Source: a virus | IMG/VR virus record: IMGVR_UViG_3300047160_020099 | Span: 97,937 to 161,936 of that record | Direction: 5' to 3' (one strand) | Length of the DNA: 64,000 nucleotides | Shown here: positions 9,254 to 18,986 of the stretch, piece after piece | How positions within the stretch are numbered: position 1 is the first letter of the stretch | Layout: the number at the start of each line of letters is the position of its first letter | Program-made: the position numbers and the translations under genes | The notes under the pieces: generated by a model | Told to the model about the DNA's origin: nothing | What the model saw: the letters and a program-made list of their open reading frames with translations, nothing else | The model's database searches: none

Positions 9254-10078
9254 ATGCCAGCGACACTTGACTACACCTTTCAATTTGGCAGACTGCCGAC
9301 GAATCGTCCTAATCACATTGCAAGGCTGGCTGTTTGCTATCCCTTGATACATCCCAAAAAGGGCGCGCCGGTCAACTGGGGCAAAGCTATGGCCACCATT
9401 CTCGCGATGTGGCGTAGACAAGCCTCGATTCTATGCAGCTTGGGGTGGCTGAGGGTCAAGCACCCGGTGCGCTTGAGGAATTGCCATCCCAGCATGTTCG
9501 TGCTGAAGGATGAACCGCCGAAGGTATATACCTGCTGGTTGGAGAATCTCTGTCCATGGTGCTATGCCAGGCATACGAGCCGGGTAGTAAGACGAGTATT
9601 GCAAAACTACACTCCGGGCTCGGACATCTTCTACTACAGCCATGTGAACCGTATACCTATCGGCATGTTAGACTTCGATCTGCGCCGCGAGCTATACGTA
9701 CGCGCCGGTCAGCCAAGACTGCTCAAACCTGTAAATCGTTTCACCTGTGCTGGTAGCATGTGGACGGTAACCCTGTCACCGGAGCAACACAAAGACAAGC
9801 TGTACTGGCAGCTCCATATGCGAATGCTTTGCATGGCCAAACCAGGGCGAGCTCCGATTTTGATACCACCGAGCTGGAAGTGTCAGATATTCAAGAACTC
9901 ATCTGACGCCGATTTCAATGCAGCTCTGGCCAGGACATTTCGGTATCCTGTGGGTCTGTTGACCAGCCCAGCCCACTTGGTTATGAAGGCCATGGAAACG
10001 AGAAAGGGCCGTCGTTACAACGAAGTACTGGGCGCATTTCGTGCCGGAAAGAAGAAAGAAGATGAACCAGTTAGCTGA
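9254..10078 (+). CDS. degenerate rolling-circle Rep (Rep_1/HUH-like) protein
   Basis: C-x5-CPWC zinc motif, WQLHMRML (HUH-like), FRYP and KGRRYNEVLGAF in Rep_1 order. Confidence 0.5.
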   Translation: MPATLDYTFQFGRLPTNRPNHIARLAVCYPLIHPKKGAPVNWGKAMATILAMWRRQASILCSLGWLRVKHPVRLRNCHPSMFVLKDEPPKVYTCWLENLCPWCYARHTSRVVRRVLQNYTPGSDIFYYSHVNRIPIGMLDFDLRRELYVRAGQPRLLKPVNRFTCAGSMWTVTLSPEQHKDKLYWQLHMRMLCMAKPGRAPILIPPSWKCQIFKNSSDADFNAALARTFRYPVGLLTSPAHLVMKAMETRKGRRYNEVLGAFRAGKKKEDEPVS

Positions 10079-10286
10079 GGTCATGGACTTGCTCATCGAG
10101 CTGGAAGACGTAGGCGTATCGTCCGTCTTCACGGACGGACAGAGCATCTACCTGTTTCCAGCCTCGAAGCTGTCGATGCGATTGCAAGCTGACGTACGGT
10201 TCTACAAGCAGGACTTGCTCAAGGCAAACCTACCCCACTTGCCAAATCATACGGTCATGGTTATCGGGGACGTGGTCAAAATCTGA
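10062..10286 (+). CDS. hypothetical protein
   Basis: Short ORF overlapping the previous stop. Confidence 0.5.
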   Translation: MNQLAEVMDLLIELEDVGVSSVFTDGQSIYLFPASKLSMRLQADVRFYKQDLLKANLPHLPNHTVMVIGDVVKI

Positions 10287-10294
10287 GGAGACAC

Positions 10295-11065
10295 ATGTCG
10301 AACGCACTTGACGTCATGAAGAGGATGGCACCGCTGCTGAATGCCGCCGAAGATCATGACATCCAGATCCTGCTGCTGTCAGGCTTCCTGCAACAGCGAC
10401 ATCCAACGATCGATCCTGAACCATTCACGGACGCAATGTCCAACCTTCTCGCCGCTGGCGGCTTGCCGCCAGCCGTGGGCGTTGAGCTGCTCTGCTGTCT
10501 GGTTGACAGGACCAGCGACGAGGAGAACCTGGCCAAGTATCTGAAAGTCGTGGCCAGGGCCAACGGCAAGAAAGCCGAAGAGAAGAAGGAAGAGCCGGCG
10601 CCGGTGGCTGCTGCGCCGCCCGAGCCTGTTCCCGAAGCGACAGAAGCTGAGAAGGAACCAGAGAAGCCCGCACCTGCTCCAACCAAGCGGCCAAGGACGG
10701 TGCTGGCAAAGCCAGCTCTGCCATACATCTTCCCGCTGAGCGTGCCAGCCCTGCACAAGATGGAAGGAATGCTCAAGCGAGCTGAGAAGGACAGAAAGCC
10801 GATTGAAGGCTTTGAGGTCGGCGAGGTGATTCAAAGCTACGTGCAGAGGTTGCCAGCACCTATCGAGACCGGCTCTTCCACACATCCAGTCACGGCAGTA
10901 TACGTGAACCTGGTGAACAGCGAGGAAGGGCCCGTACTGGACGGCTGCCTCAAGGCTGGTCACCTGACCGTCGCCTCGGCACCGCCCGGCCGCGACCTTA
11001 CCAAGCCGATGTTGCTCAAATACGGAGACGTCACTTTCAAGCTGGGCTTTGCCCCGGCGTCATAA
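10295..11065 (+). CDS. hypothetical protein with Pro/Glu-rich linker
   Basis: GAGGAG RBS; 256 aa. Confidence 0.65.
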   Translation: MSNALDVMKRMAPLLNAAEDHDIQILLLSGFLQQRHPTIDPEPFTDAMSNLLAAGGLPPAVGVELLCCLVDRTSDEENLAKYLKVVARANGKKAEEKKEEPAPVAAAPPEPVPEATEAEKEPEKPAPAPTKRPRTVLAKPALPYIFPLSVPALHKMEGMLKRAEKDRKPIEGFEVGEVIQSYVQRLPAPIETGSSTHPVTAVYVNLVNSEEGPVLDGCLKAGHLTVASAPPGRDLTKPMLLKYGDVTFKLGFAPAS

Positions 11066-11080
11066 GACAGGAGGCCATGG

Positions 11081-11284
11081 ATGGCCCGTATCATCATACC
11101 GCCGCGTCCGCACGAACCAGGAAGGGTTCGTTGTCTCGGTGGTTGCGACAAGTTCTTCGACTCACCAGACAGGTGCTGCGTACGCATCTGTCCGAAATGC
11201 AAGAAGAGACCTGGCCGGGACTACATGCCGACCAGGTTTTCTTCTGTCGTCGTGGGAGGTAAGAGAATCGCCATCGAGGAATAA
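11081..11284 (+). CDS. small zinc-ribbon protein
   Basis: CLGGC...RICPKC; AGGAGG upstream. Confidence 0.55.
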   Translation: MARIIIPPRPHEPGRVRCLGGCDKFFDSPDRCCVRICPKCKKRPGRDYMPTRFSSVVVGGKRIAIEE

Positions 11285-11292
11285 GGCTCACA

Positions 11293-11871
11293 ATGATCGA
11301 TCCTGACAATTTCACTCGTTACGACCGGTCTATTCCGGAGCTGGAAGAGATGATACTCTTCTGTGTTGCAGCCGCGGGACACAACGGCCATTCTTCGGCA
11401 GCCGCTGTGGATAGGTTGTTGAAGTCTCTCCGTGGCATGCACGGCAACATAAGGTCACCCTTCAAGTTGATCAGGCTGTGCAGCCAGTTGAAGCTGTTCA
11501 TGAAGATGGACGGCATAGGCTGTTACAACGCCAAGAAGAAAACGTTCGAGAAGTTGGCTAACAGCTACCTCAACCTGCGGACCTGCACGGTCGATGATCT
11601 GGAGCGGATACCGGGAATAGGTCCTAAGACGAGCCGGCTGTTCCTGCTGCATTCCAGGCCTCACCAATCACTGATCCCACTCGACAGACACATCCTACGC
11701 TACATGCGAGAACACGGCTACCCAGCACCATTATCGACGCCCAGTAGTAGAAATCAGTACAGCCGGTGGGAAATCGAGGCCTTGGACCTTGCTCGTAAGC
11801 AAGGAATGTCAGCAGCTGAGTTCGACCAGTGGGTGTGGAGACAGTATCGAGTGAAAGCCAAAGGAGCTTGA
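11293..11871 (+). CDS. HhH-GPD DNA glycosylase/AP lyase-like protein
   Basis: LERIPGIGPKTSRLFL helix-hairpin-helix with Lys, followed by IPLDRHILR. Confidence 0.8.
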   Translation: MIDPDNFTRYDRSIPELEEMILFCVAAAGHNGHSSAAAVDRLLKSLRGMHGNIRSPFKLIRLCSQLKLFMKMDGIGCYNAKKKTFEKLANSYLNLRTCTVDDLERIPGIGPKTSRLFLLHSRPHQSLIPLDRHILRYMREHGYPAPLSTPSSRNQYSRWEIEALDLARKQGMSAAEFDQWVWRQYRVKAKGA

Positions 11872-12186
11872 ATGTCACTGGACTTCTGCATTGGCGAAGA
11901 GGAATTGCGTAAGGCGCTCAAGCTGATTGAGGCTGCCAAGCGGGGTGGCTACAGCCACACATTGGCGGTTTTCGAGATCAGTCAAGCAGGCAAGAGGCTG
12001 GATGATTGTCTTGCCGTGTCTGATGGTTCTGTCGTGTTGAAGGCCCATCCGACCGACAGCCATCAGAACTGGGGTCGTGCTTGGGACCCAGAAGATCACA
12101 TAGTGGTTGACGGCGTCTCTCGATACAGAGATGAGTTAGCACCGGAATTCGACAAAAGGCAGTTACTGGGAGGCGATGACGGATGA
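11872..12186 (+). CDS. hypothetical protein
   Basis: AAGGAG RBS; abuts the previous stop. Confidence 0.55.
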   Translation: MSLDFCIGEEELRKALKLIEAAKRGGYSHTLAVFEISQAGKRLDDCLAVSDGSVVLKAHPTDSHQNWGRAWDPEDHIVVDGVSRYRDELAPEFDKRQLLGGDDG

Positions 12187-12449
12187 GTGACGTGGAGATT
12201 TTGAAGACAGTTGGCGACATCGGTTTGCCACCAGAAGATACTCGTGAAGTTGGAGAATTTGGCAGGCGTCTCTTCTTGTGGAGACAGCACAGAGGCTTGA
12301 CCCAGAAAGAGCTAGCTGCAAAGGCTGGCACGCATCCTTATGTGATAACTGCGGTAGAGAGTGGCGTTGCAAAAGGTGCGCAACTCAATACATTGCGTAA
12401 GCTCGCGCAAGCTCTTGGCATAACGATCAGCCAGCTGGTCGGTGCATAA
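12183..12449 (+). CDS. XRE/Cro-family helix-turn-helix regulator
   Basis: RxxRGLTQKELAxKAG...IxxxExG......TLRKLAxALG. Confidence 0.9.
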   Translation: MSDVEILKTVGDIGLPPEDTREVGEFGRRLFLWRQHRGLTQKELAAKAGTHPYVITAVESGVAKGAQLNTLRKLAQALGITISQLVGA

Positions 12450-13110
12450 CACGTACGAGGTAACAATGACTCCTGTCATCTTTCTCGACATGGACGGCGT
12501 GGTGGTCGATTTCTTCTCACAGATGTGCAAAGCCCATCATCTGGATCCAGTGGAAGCTTTCACCCGATTGCAGCCCAAGGACTGGTGGTTTACCAGCGTT
12601 CTAGGGCCATTGACCGAGGGTGACTTCTGGGGCGCGATCAATACTTTCGGCGAGGAGTTCTGGTCGGAGGCCAACGCTTACCCGTACGCTCGACAGTTGT
12701 ACGACGAGCTGTGCAAGCTGGCACCTGTATACTTCTGCAGTCACCCGAGTCTTCAGCCGAACTGCGCCTCGGGCAAGTTGAAGTGGCTGCAGAAGTTCCT
12801 GCCGCCTGCCAGGCACGACGACTACGTGTTCACGAAGCATAAGCGGTATCTGGCCAAGCAGAACCACGTCCTCATCGACGACGCGGACTACAACTGCGAG
12901 CACTTCATGGACGCCGGTGGGGCAGCCATCATGTTCCCGCGGCGGTGGAACAAGCTCTACGAGATCAGCGATCGCGGAGAGGCGGTCGATTACACCTTGC
13001 GGATGGCCAAGACGATCGTGTCCTTCATAAGCGGGATGGGCGATGACTCCGGACGAATTCGACAACCTGATGCAGACCAACCCCTGTGCAGTTTGCGGGA
13101 CCACACATGA
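12442..13110 (+). CDS. HAD-family 5'(3')-deoxyribonucleotidase
   Basis: FLDMDGVVVDF, GKLKWL, VLIDD and PRRWN motifs. Confidence 0.85.
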   Translation: MHNTYEVTMTPVIFLDMDGVVVDFFSQMCKAHHLDPVEAFTRLQPKDWWFTSVLGPLTEGDFWGAINTFGEEFWSEANAYPYARQLYDELCKLAPVYFCSHPSLQPNCASGKLKWLQKFLPPARHDDYVFTKHKRYLAKQNHVLIDDADYNCEHFMDAGGAAIMFPRRWNKLYEISDRGEAVDYTLRMAKTIVSFISGMGDDSGRIRQPDADQPLCSLRDHT

Positions 13111-13369
13111 GCCTACCTTCGTTGAAGTCCCTGGGATGGACAGGCCTGTTGCTGTGTACCAGGGCGGCGTCCTTGTACAGAAAGTACCAGGTGCTAAGAA
13201 CGGTGAGTGCGGCTGGGTACAGCTTACTCAGACAGTGTGCGGCACGTGCCTCGAAGCCCTCCAGGCCATCGCCGACTTCAAGAAGCAAGAAGAGGAGCAA
13301 GCCGACTTGCCTGACGAAGTCGTCGAGGACGTGATCGGTCGGCTCAAGGGCGCGCCGACAGTGCCGTAA
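13043..13369 (+). CDS. hypothetical zinc-binding protein
   Basis: CAVC...CGTC pairs. Confidence 0.5.
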   Translation: MTPDEFDNLMQTNPCAVCGTTHEPTFVEVPGMDRPVAVYQGGVLVQKVPGAKNGECGWVQLTQTVCGTCLEALQAIADFKKQEEEQADLPDEVVEDVIGRLKGAPTVP

Positions 13370-13392
13370 TATTGCAATACTCGGGAGGGAAG

Positions 13393-14559
13393 ATGAGGAA
13401 GCCACTAGCCGTCGTGTCGAGCGACGACCATCTTGCTCCATGCGCCTGGAGCAGCCGGCCCGAGCTTGCCGGCGACAGCTATGCGTCATTTGACCAGAAG
13501 GTCGAATACTGCTCGGAAACACATCTGCCGTTGATCCTGGCTGGCGACGTGCTGGACCAGGCCTATCCCGATCCGTACACGGTCGGCTACTTCATGGACC
13601 GGATCACCAGACTACGCTGGGAAAGCGTACAGGTCATCTACATTCAGGGTCAGCACGAGTTCAACAAGAAGCGGCCGTGGCTGGATCTCGGTCCAGGCTT
13701 ACATCACTTGCACAAGCAGTGGTTCTTCCTACCAGATGGTGCGTCCAAACCGCGTGTCAAGTTCTACGGTCTGGACTTCCAGCCGGCAGGCAAGCTGAAG
13801 GCCGAGCTGGCGCAGATACCAGCTGGCACTGAGGTACTTGTTGCCCATCAAGTCTGGGAAGAGCGGATGGGCAAGCTGGCCTCGCCAGAAGCTGCCTTCA
13901 AGGACGTGCCTACCGTGAAGTGCATCATCACCGGCGACTTTCACGGGCACGGCCAGCAGCACTTCAAGGGCGCAGATGACCAGGACATCCTCGTGGTCAG
14001 TCCAGGCAGCCAGTGTATGCAGGACCTGTCCGAGGACCCGGAAAAGTACTTCTTTGTGATGTACGACGATCTGACTTTCGAGTCGATCAAGCTGAAGACC
14101 AGACACCGTTCCTTGTTCACGCTGCGAAACCCTGGCAGTTTCGAGGACGACCTGGCTGGCATTGTGGCCGACATCGAATACGACGATGGGCTACCTGAAG
14201 AACTGGTCAAGCCGATCTACATGGTGGAATACTCAGAGGCCATCCCCGACGCCAAGCCCAGGCTCAAGGCGGCACTGGCTGACAAGGTCCATCTCTTCGC
14301 CAGACCAATCATTGTGAAGAAGGTGAAGGAGAAGACAACGGTTACGCTCGGCCTGAGTCTGGCCGAGCGTATAGTCGCCAGGTACAGCAAGACGGATGTG
14401 GCCGTCTTCAATACAGCCAAGCGCTTGCTGGAGGCCAGGGACGTGAAGGCCGAGATCAACAACATAGGTGCTGAGTTTCTGGAGCTTCCGTTGGTGAAGA
14501 CGACACCTTTCGTGTCGCCACCTGAAGAACCAGATGACGGAGGCCTGGGCGTGGGTTAA
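13393..14559 (+). CDS. Mre11/SbcD-like metallophosphoesterase nuclease
   Basis: SDDHL, LAGDVLD, QGQHE, AHQ, GDFH and PGS motifs; directly before Rad50; ATG 13393 after GGAGG. Confidence 0.9.
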   Translation: MRKPLAVVSSDDHLAPCAWSSRPELAGDSYASFDQKVEYCSETHLPLILAGDVLDQAYPDPYTVGYFMDRITRLRWESVQVIYIQGQHEFNKKRPWLDLGPGLHHLHKQWFFLPDGASKPRVKFYGLDFQPAGKLKAELAQIPAGTEVLVAHQVWEERMGKLASPEAAFKDVPTVKCIITGDFHGHGQQHFKGADDQDILVVSPGSQCMQDLSEDPEKYFFVMYDDLTFESIKLKTRHRSLFTLRNPGSFEDDLAGIVADIEYDDGLPEELVKPIYMVEYSEAIPDAKPRLKAALADKVHLFARPIIVKKVKEKTTVTLGLSLAERIVARYSKTDVAVFNTAKRLLEARDVKAEINNIGAEFLELPLVKTTPFVSPPEEPDDGGLGVG

Positions 14560-14569
14560 GGAGGTTTCT

Positions 14570-16690
14570 GTGAAACTTCGTCGAGCCGTGCTGGACAACT
14601 GGTGCCAGTATGACCACATGGAGGTTGAGTTTGCCGATGGCATGACGGCTGTTATGGGTCCAAACGGCGCCGGCAAGACGAACCTTCTCAACTCTGTCGT
14701 GTGGTGCATAACTGGCGACGACCGTAACGCTGGCGTCAAGCAAGACAACATCAACCTGCACGCCGAACCAGCCGACAGGGCCGGCGTGCTGGTTGAGTTC
14801 GAACACGAGAGCAACGAGATAGAGATCTACCGGGACTTGCGTCACTCCAGGCAGTGGCTGCGTATCAATGGCGGTGAAGACATCCGTCGTGACCGGGAGA
14901 TCAAGGACGCCCTCCAGGACATTCTCGGTGTGTCGAGCAAGATGCTCCTGGACTACGTCTTTGTCGGCCAGCGCAAGATCTTCGACTTTCTGGAAGAGGA
15001 CACGGACGTCGTCGCCAAAGCCATGAGCCAGCTGTTCGGCGTTGAGAAGGCCGAACAGATCTACAAGGTCCTGGGAGAGGTCAAGCTGCCAAGTCACGGT
15101 ACGTTCATCGATGGTGATGTCGTGGCAGCCAGACTGGAGCAAGAGAAGGTGGAGTTGGCTGCGCTAGAACGACAGCTGACCAGTTTCGCTGCGCTACCGG
15201 ACCCATGGATTGAGTCGCAGACCAGCGAGGCTGCGACCATAGCCACATATGAGCGGAGAGAATACTGCCTTCAGAAGCTCGATGAATGTGTGGAAACCCT
15301 GAGCGTGCTGAAGAAGGAAGGACAACGCCTGGACGCCGAGCGGAAAGAGAAACAAGCCTTGCTGCGTGCGGCCAAGGCAGAGCATGACGAATGCTGGGCG
15401 GCAATCGGACCTGCTCACGTTGAGTTGGCTGATTGGCAAGTCTTTGACGTAGCCGAGTCAAACAGGAAGACTGCTAGCAAGAGAAAGGCTCAGCAAGAAG
15501 CTGAACTGGCCGCTTTGACACTCCCGTTACAACCAACCGGATACATCGAGCTGAATAGCGAGCAGCACAAGGAGCTTGCCGACCTTGTTGCTGAAACAAC
15601 GAAGCTGCAAACCTTCCTCGGTACCTGGGAAAAGACTGGACTGGCAGAGTGTCAGAGCTGCGGTACACCAACCGATAAGATTGCAGAGCGTATACCGGAG
15701 GCCAGAGCCAGGCTGGAAGAGGTAATAGCTCTGGTGGCTACCGGGCGTAAGCAGTGGGACGCTTCTGAGAATTACCGGCGTCAGTCGGCCGCATATTCTC
15801 AGAAAAGGGCCAGATTGGTAACACTGCTGGAATCACTTTCTGGCCAGGCTGACGCCACAATGCCCAAACAACCAACGCGTGACAAAGAGACACTCCGTGG
15901 AATCATTACCAAGCAGAAAGCTTGTGAGACCAGGTTCAATGAGCTGGCGTCGCTGTGCATGAACATCGAGAAAAGACATGCCGAGCATCAGGCCAATTTC
16001 TCAAAGACGCAAGGCGCCAGGCAAACTCTGGACGAACAGCTCTCCGAACTGACAGTATCGGAAGGGCAATATACAGCAGCCAAAACAAGGCTCGAAGCGG
16101 CCAGGAAGGCGGCCGAGCAGAGGCATTACGCATCTGCCAGGAAGGCAGTGCTGACTCGACAGATTGCCGACGACGAAGACGCACTGGCGAAGTATCATGC
16201 CTGCCGGGAACGCTTCCAGAAGGTCCAGGCGTTGTCGGAACACTTCGTCAAGGTCCGTCAGGCCTTCCACCGCGACGCCATTGTTCGTGAAACCGTGGAG
16301 GGCTATCTAGCCGAGATGCATGACGGCATCAATGAACTGCTCACCGCCTTCGACGCGAACTTCAGGGTGGAAGGCTTCGCGAAATGGCAGTACATGGTCA
16401 AGAAGGACGGCAAGGTCCACTCCGCCAGACGACTTTCTGACGGGGAGAAGGTCCTTTTCGCCCTAGCCTTCCGCGTCATGGTAAACTCAGTGTTCGTGAA
16501 AGAGCTCGGCCTGCTGTGCCTTGACGAACCTACTTCTGGGCTCGACGAGGACAACATGGCTTGTCTTGATGTTGCGTTGGGGCGTCTGCGCGAGCTTTCA
16601 CAGGCCCGCGGATTGCAGGTACTGCTCATCACGCACGATCGTGACGTGAACCTGTTCGACAGGGTCTACAGGCTCGCCGGCACCAAGTGA
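14570..16690 (+). CDS. Rad50/SbcC-like SMC ATPase
   Basis: Walker A GPNGAGKT, coiled coil with CQSC hook, LSDGE signature, LLCLDEPT Walker B, ITHD; GTG 14570 after AGGAGG. Confidence 0.92.
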   Translation: MKLRRAVLDNWCQYDHMEVEFADGMTAVMGPNGAGKTNLLNSVVWCITGDDRNAGVKQDNINLHAEPADRAGVLVEFEHESNEIEIYRDLRHSRQWLRINGGEDIRRDREIKDALQDILGVSSKMLLDYVFVGQRKIFDFLEEDTDVVAKAMSQLFGVEKAEQIYKVLGEVKLPSHGTFIDGDVVAARLEQEKVELAALERQLTSFAALPDPWIESQTSEAATIATYERREYCLQKLDECVETLSVLKKEGQRLDAERKEKQALLRAAKAEHDECWAAIGPAHVELADWQVFDVAESNRKTASKRKAQQEAELAALTLPLQPTGYIELNSEQHKELADLVAETTKLQTFLGTWEKTGLAECQSCGTPTDKIAERIPEARARLEEVIALVATGRKQWDASENYRRQSAAYSQKRARLVTLLESLSGQADATMPKQPTRDKETLRGIITKQKACETRFNELASLCMNIEKRHAEHQANFSKTQGARQTLDEQLSELTVSEGQYTAAKTRLEAARKAAEQRHYASARKAVLTRQIADDEDALAKYHACRERFQKVQALSEHFVKVRQAFHRDAIVRETVEGYLAEMHDGINELLTAFDANFRVEGFAKWQYMVKKDGKVHSARRLSDGEKVLFALAFRVMVNSVFVKELGLLCLDEPTSGLDEDNMACLDVALGRLRELSQARGLQVLLITHDRDVNLFDRVYRLAGTK

Positions 16691-17625
16691 GGAGGCCGTC
16701 GATGCCTGTTGCCACTTCTGCAGATCTTGACAGCTTGAAATTGACCGTTGACGATGGTGGACAGGTCTGGTATCTGGAAGGCGACGATATGCCAGCGTCT
16801 TCCGGACAGCCAGTTGACGCCTTCTTACCAACCATCGCCTGGGACAGAGTACGGCTCGTGGGGATGCCAGCAAACGCCGAGCTGGCCGTAAGGCTATACG
16901 AACAGAAGCGGGCAGGTCGGCTTCAGTCACTGGAAGTGTGCAGCCCGTTTTGTTGTGAGTCTGTTGAAGACCGCAAAGACCCAGAGGTCCTGCTCTTCAA
17001 GATGAGAGCATACGAGGCTCCAGTATCAGTTGGCGGCTGGCACCAGTTTGCCGAGCGAGACGTTCTCTCCTATTTGCTGGCTGCTCATGTATACGCCGGC
17101 AAACCAATCGGTGCTACTCAGTACAAGATCCTGATGGCTCATCAGGTGTGGCCAGCGCTCTCCTTCATCCGGAGACTGGACACGGAAGCTGTCTGCAAGC
17201 TGATAGGCACCATCATCGATCCACGGTGGTATGTAGATGCCGTGGACCCAGACAGCCCGGTAAGGTTGGAACAATTCCTTGGTTTGTATCAGAAGATCCA
17301 GACCAGCAAGATCGAGCCATCGGACAGCAGCAAGCGGTACCAGCTCGTTCTTGATTGCTGGAAAACGTCGGCGCCGGGCGGGCAATTACAGAAGCTCGGC
17401 CCCGACCAGTTCTTGTGGCGTACGTGGCACGCGAAAGGTGGAGGCACGAAGGGCGACCTGGGTGCGTCGAAACTGTTTGTCGAGTACCTGAAGGCCGTCT
17501 GGACGGTAGTCGTGTGCGATGGGCCGAAGACTAGCAGGCTGTTCGTGCCAGAACACTTTTTCGCGAGTGAAGACGAAGTGAAGGCATACAAAGCTCACGC
17601 GGAGAAAAAATGTCAACCAAAGTGA
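16687..17625 (+). CDS. hypothetical protein with a segment resembling the IS110/IS116 transposase C-terminal domain
   Basis: LSFIRRLDTEAVCKLIGTIIDPRWY...RLEQFLGL. Confidence 0.5.
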   Translation: MRRPSMPVATSADLDSLKLTVDDGGQVWYLEGDDMPASSGQPVDAFLPTIAWDRVRLVGMPANAELAVRLYEQKRAGRLQSLEVCSPFCCESVEDRKDPEVLLFKMRAYEAPVSVGGWHQFAERDVLSYLLAAHVYAGKPIGATQYKILMAHQVWPALSFIRRLDTEAVCKLIGTIIDPRWYVDAVDPDSPVRLEQFLGLYQKIQTSKIEPSDSSKRYQLVLDCWKTSAPGGQLQKLGPDQFLWRTWHAKGGGTKGDLGASKLFVEYLKAVWTVVVCDGPKTSRLFVPEHFFASEDEVKAYKAHAEKKCQPK

Positions 17626-17942
17626 TGCGGAAGAAGAAGGTGATGACAGTCAAGCAGTTCCTTGCCAGGTTGCGCAAGACTGCCGGGAAGGTGAAGTGGT
17701 TTCTGAAGGAAGCATCCACTTACGGCGGAATGAAGATACGGGTCGTTGATGACATGCCGTCTGTTGCGGCATGTCCTCTGGAGTTTCTAGGCAAGGAAAA
17801 TTACCTGGAAGCTGCCAGAAAGCTCGGCCTGACTCCAAGAGGTGCTGGAGCCATCATCCATGCGGCTGACCAGTTGCCACCGTACTCAGAATCCCTGCGG
17901 CGTAGCTTGCTGCAGGCCACTGGACTGAAGGAGAAGGAATGA
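17610..17942 (+). CDS. tandem paralog family A, copy 1
   Basis: FLARLRK..W.L..ACPLEFLGK..LGL..II.AAD..LR..LL.A.GL. Confidence 0.75.
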   Translation: MSTKVMRKKKVMTVKQFLARLRKTAGKVKWFLKEASTYGGMKIRVVDDMPSVAACPLEFLGKENYLEAARKLGLTPRGAGAIIHAADQLPPYSESLRRSLLQATGLKEKE

Positions 17943-18283
17943 CCACCAAGAAGAAATACTTGTCGCTCAAGGCCTTCCTTGAGCAACTCAAGAAGAAGGC
18001 ACACTTGGCGGAGTGGAGTCTTAAGACAGGCGTCTTCGACCGCCGTTGTGAATTACGGGCCCATCCTCGTGCTGACAGTTTGGCTCATACAGCGTGTCCT
18101 ATCGAGTTTCTTGGCCGGATGAGACGGTACGATAAGCGCAGTCTGTCAGAAATTGGCCGTGGGCTGGGTCTCACCAAGAGAAACAGACAGGCGATCATAA
18201 TGGCGGCGGACAAGACAACCAACTATTCGCGATCTCTTCGACAGAGACTGCTCCAGGCCGTGGGACTTGAGGAGGCCGAATGA
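17939..18283 (+). CDS. tandem paralog family A, copy 2
   Basis: Same motif set; ATGA-coupled. Confidence 0.75.
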   Translation: MTTKKKYLSLKAFLEQLKKKAHLAEWSLKTGVFDRRCELRAHPRADSLAHTACPIEFLGRMRRYDKRSLSEIGRGLGLTKRNRQAIIMAADKTTNYSRSLRQRLLQAVGLEEAE

Positions 18284-18636
18284 TAGCCAAGAAGAAAGAA
18301 CTGACCCGCGAAGGATTTCTTGCCAAGCTGCGTAGGGCGGCCAAGCAGGCAAGCTGGCATCTGGTTCGGTGGGGAGAAGTCGGGGATTACAGGTACCTGA
18401 TCAGGGCCAAACCAACCGACAAGTCGTTGATTCCCGAGGCCTGTCCGATCGAGCTTCTCGGGAAGAAGAAGCGCAGCGGCGTAAGTTACCTACACGAGAT
18501 CGGCAGGAAGCTGGGACTGGATCCCGATACGAGGTTGGAGATTATCCTGGCAGCGGATGATGATACGCGCTGTTCCAGAGACTTGCGGGAGAAGTTGTTG
18601 GAAGCTGTGGGCCTGAAGGAATACGGAAAGGGGTAG
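18280..18636 (+). CDS. tandem paralog family A, copy 3
   Basis: Same motif set; ATGA-coupled. Confidence 0.75.
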   Translation: MIAKKKELTREGFLAKLRRAAKQASWHLVRWGEVGDYRYLIRAKPTDKSLIPEACPIELLGKKKRSGVSYLHEIGRKLGLDPDTRLEIILAADDDTRCSRDLREKLLEAVGLKEYGKG

Positions 18637-18638
18637 AA

Positions 18639-18986
18639 ATGAGCACGACCGTCTGGGTGACCCGTGTGACGATTGGTACCGAGGTGCCACACGTTACACG
18701 GTACGAAGCGTCCGAAGTGCGGACTCTGACCTTCACGGTGGATAACGGGGCGAACCGTCCCAAGCAAGTCGTCCGCCGTTCTACCGGTATGAAGTTCTTC
18801 ACTGACTTCGACGCAATGCTCGACTACTGCAAGACGTATGTGCGTGGACGAGTCGAACACCATACCCGCGTCGCCGCGAATCTGCAGAAGCAGCTTCTGA
18901 GCCTCTCCACTGAGCTGCCTATTCATCCACATGGTTCGGCGATGCACAGGGACCGTCCGGAGCGTCCAGCATGCTCGACGCCGTGA
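18639..18986 (+). CDS. hypothetical protein
   Basis: 115-aa ORF in the operon. Confidence 0.55.
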   Translation: MSTTVWVTRVTIGTEVPHVTRYEASEVRTLTFTVDNGANRPKQVVRRSTGMKFFTDFDAMLDYCKTYVRGRVEHHTRVAANLQKQLLSLSTELPIHPHGSAMHRDRPERPACSTP

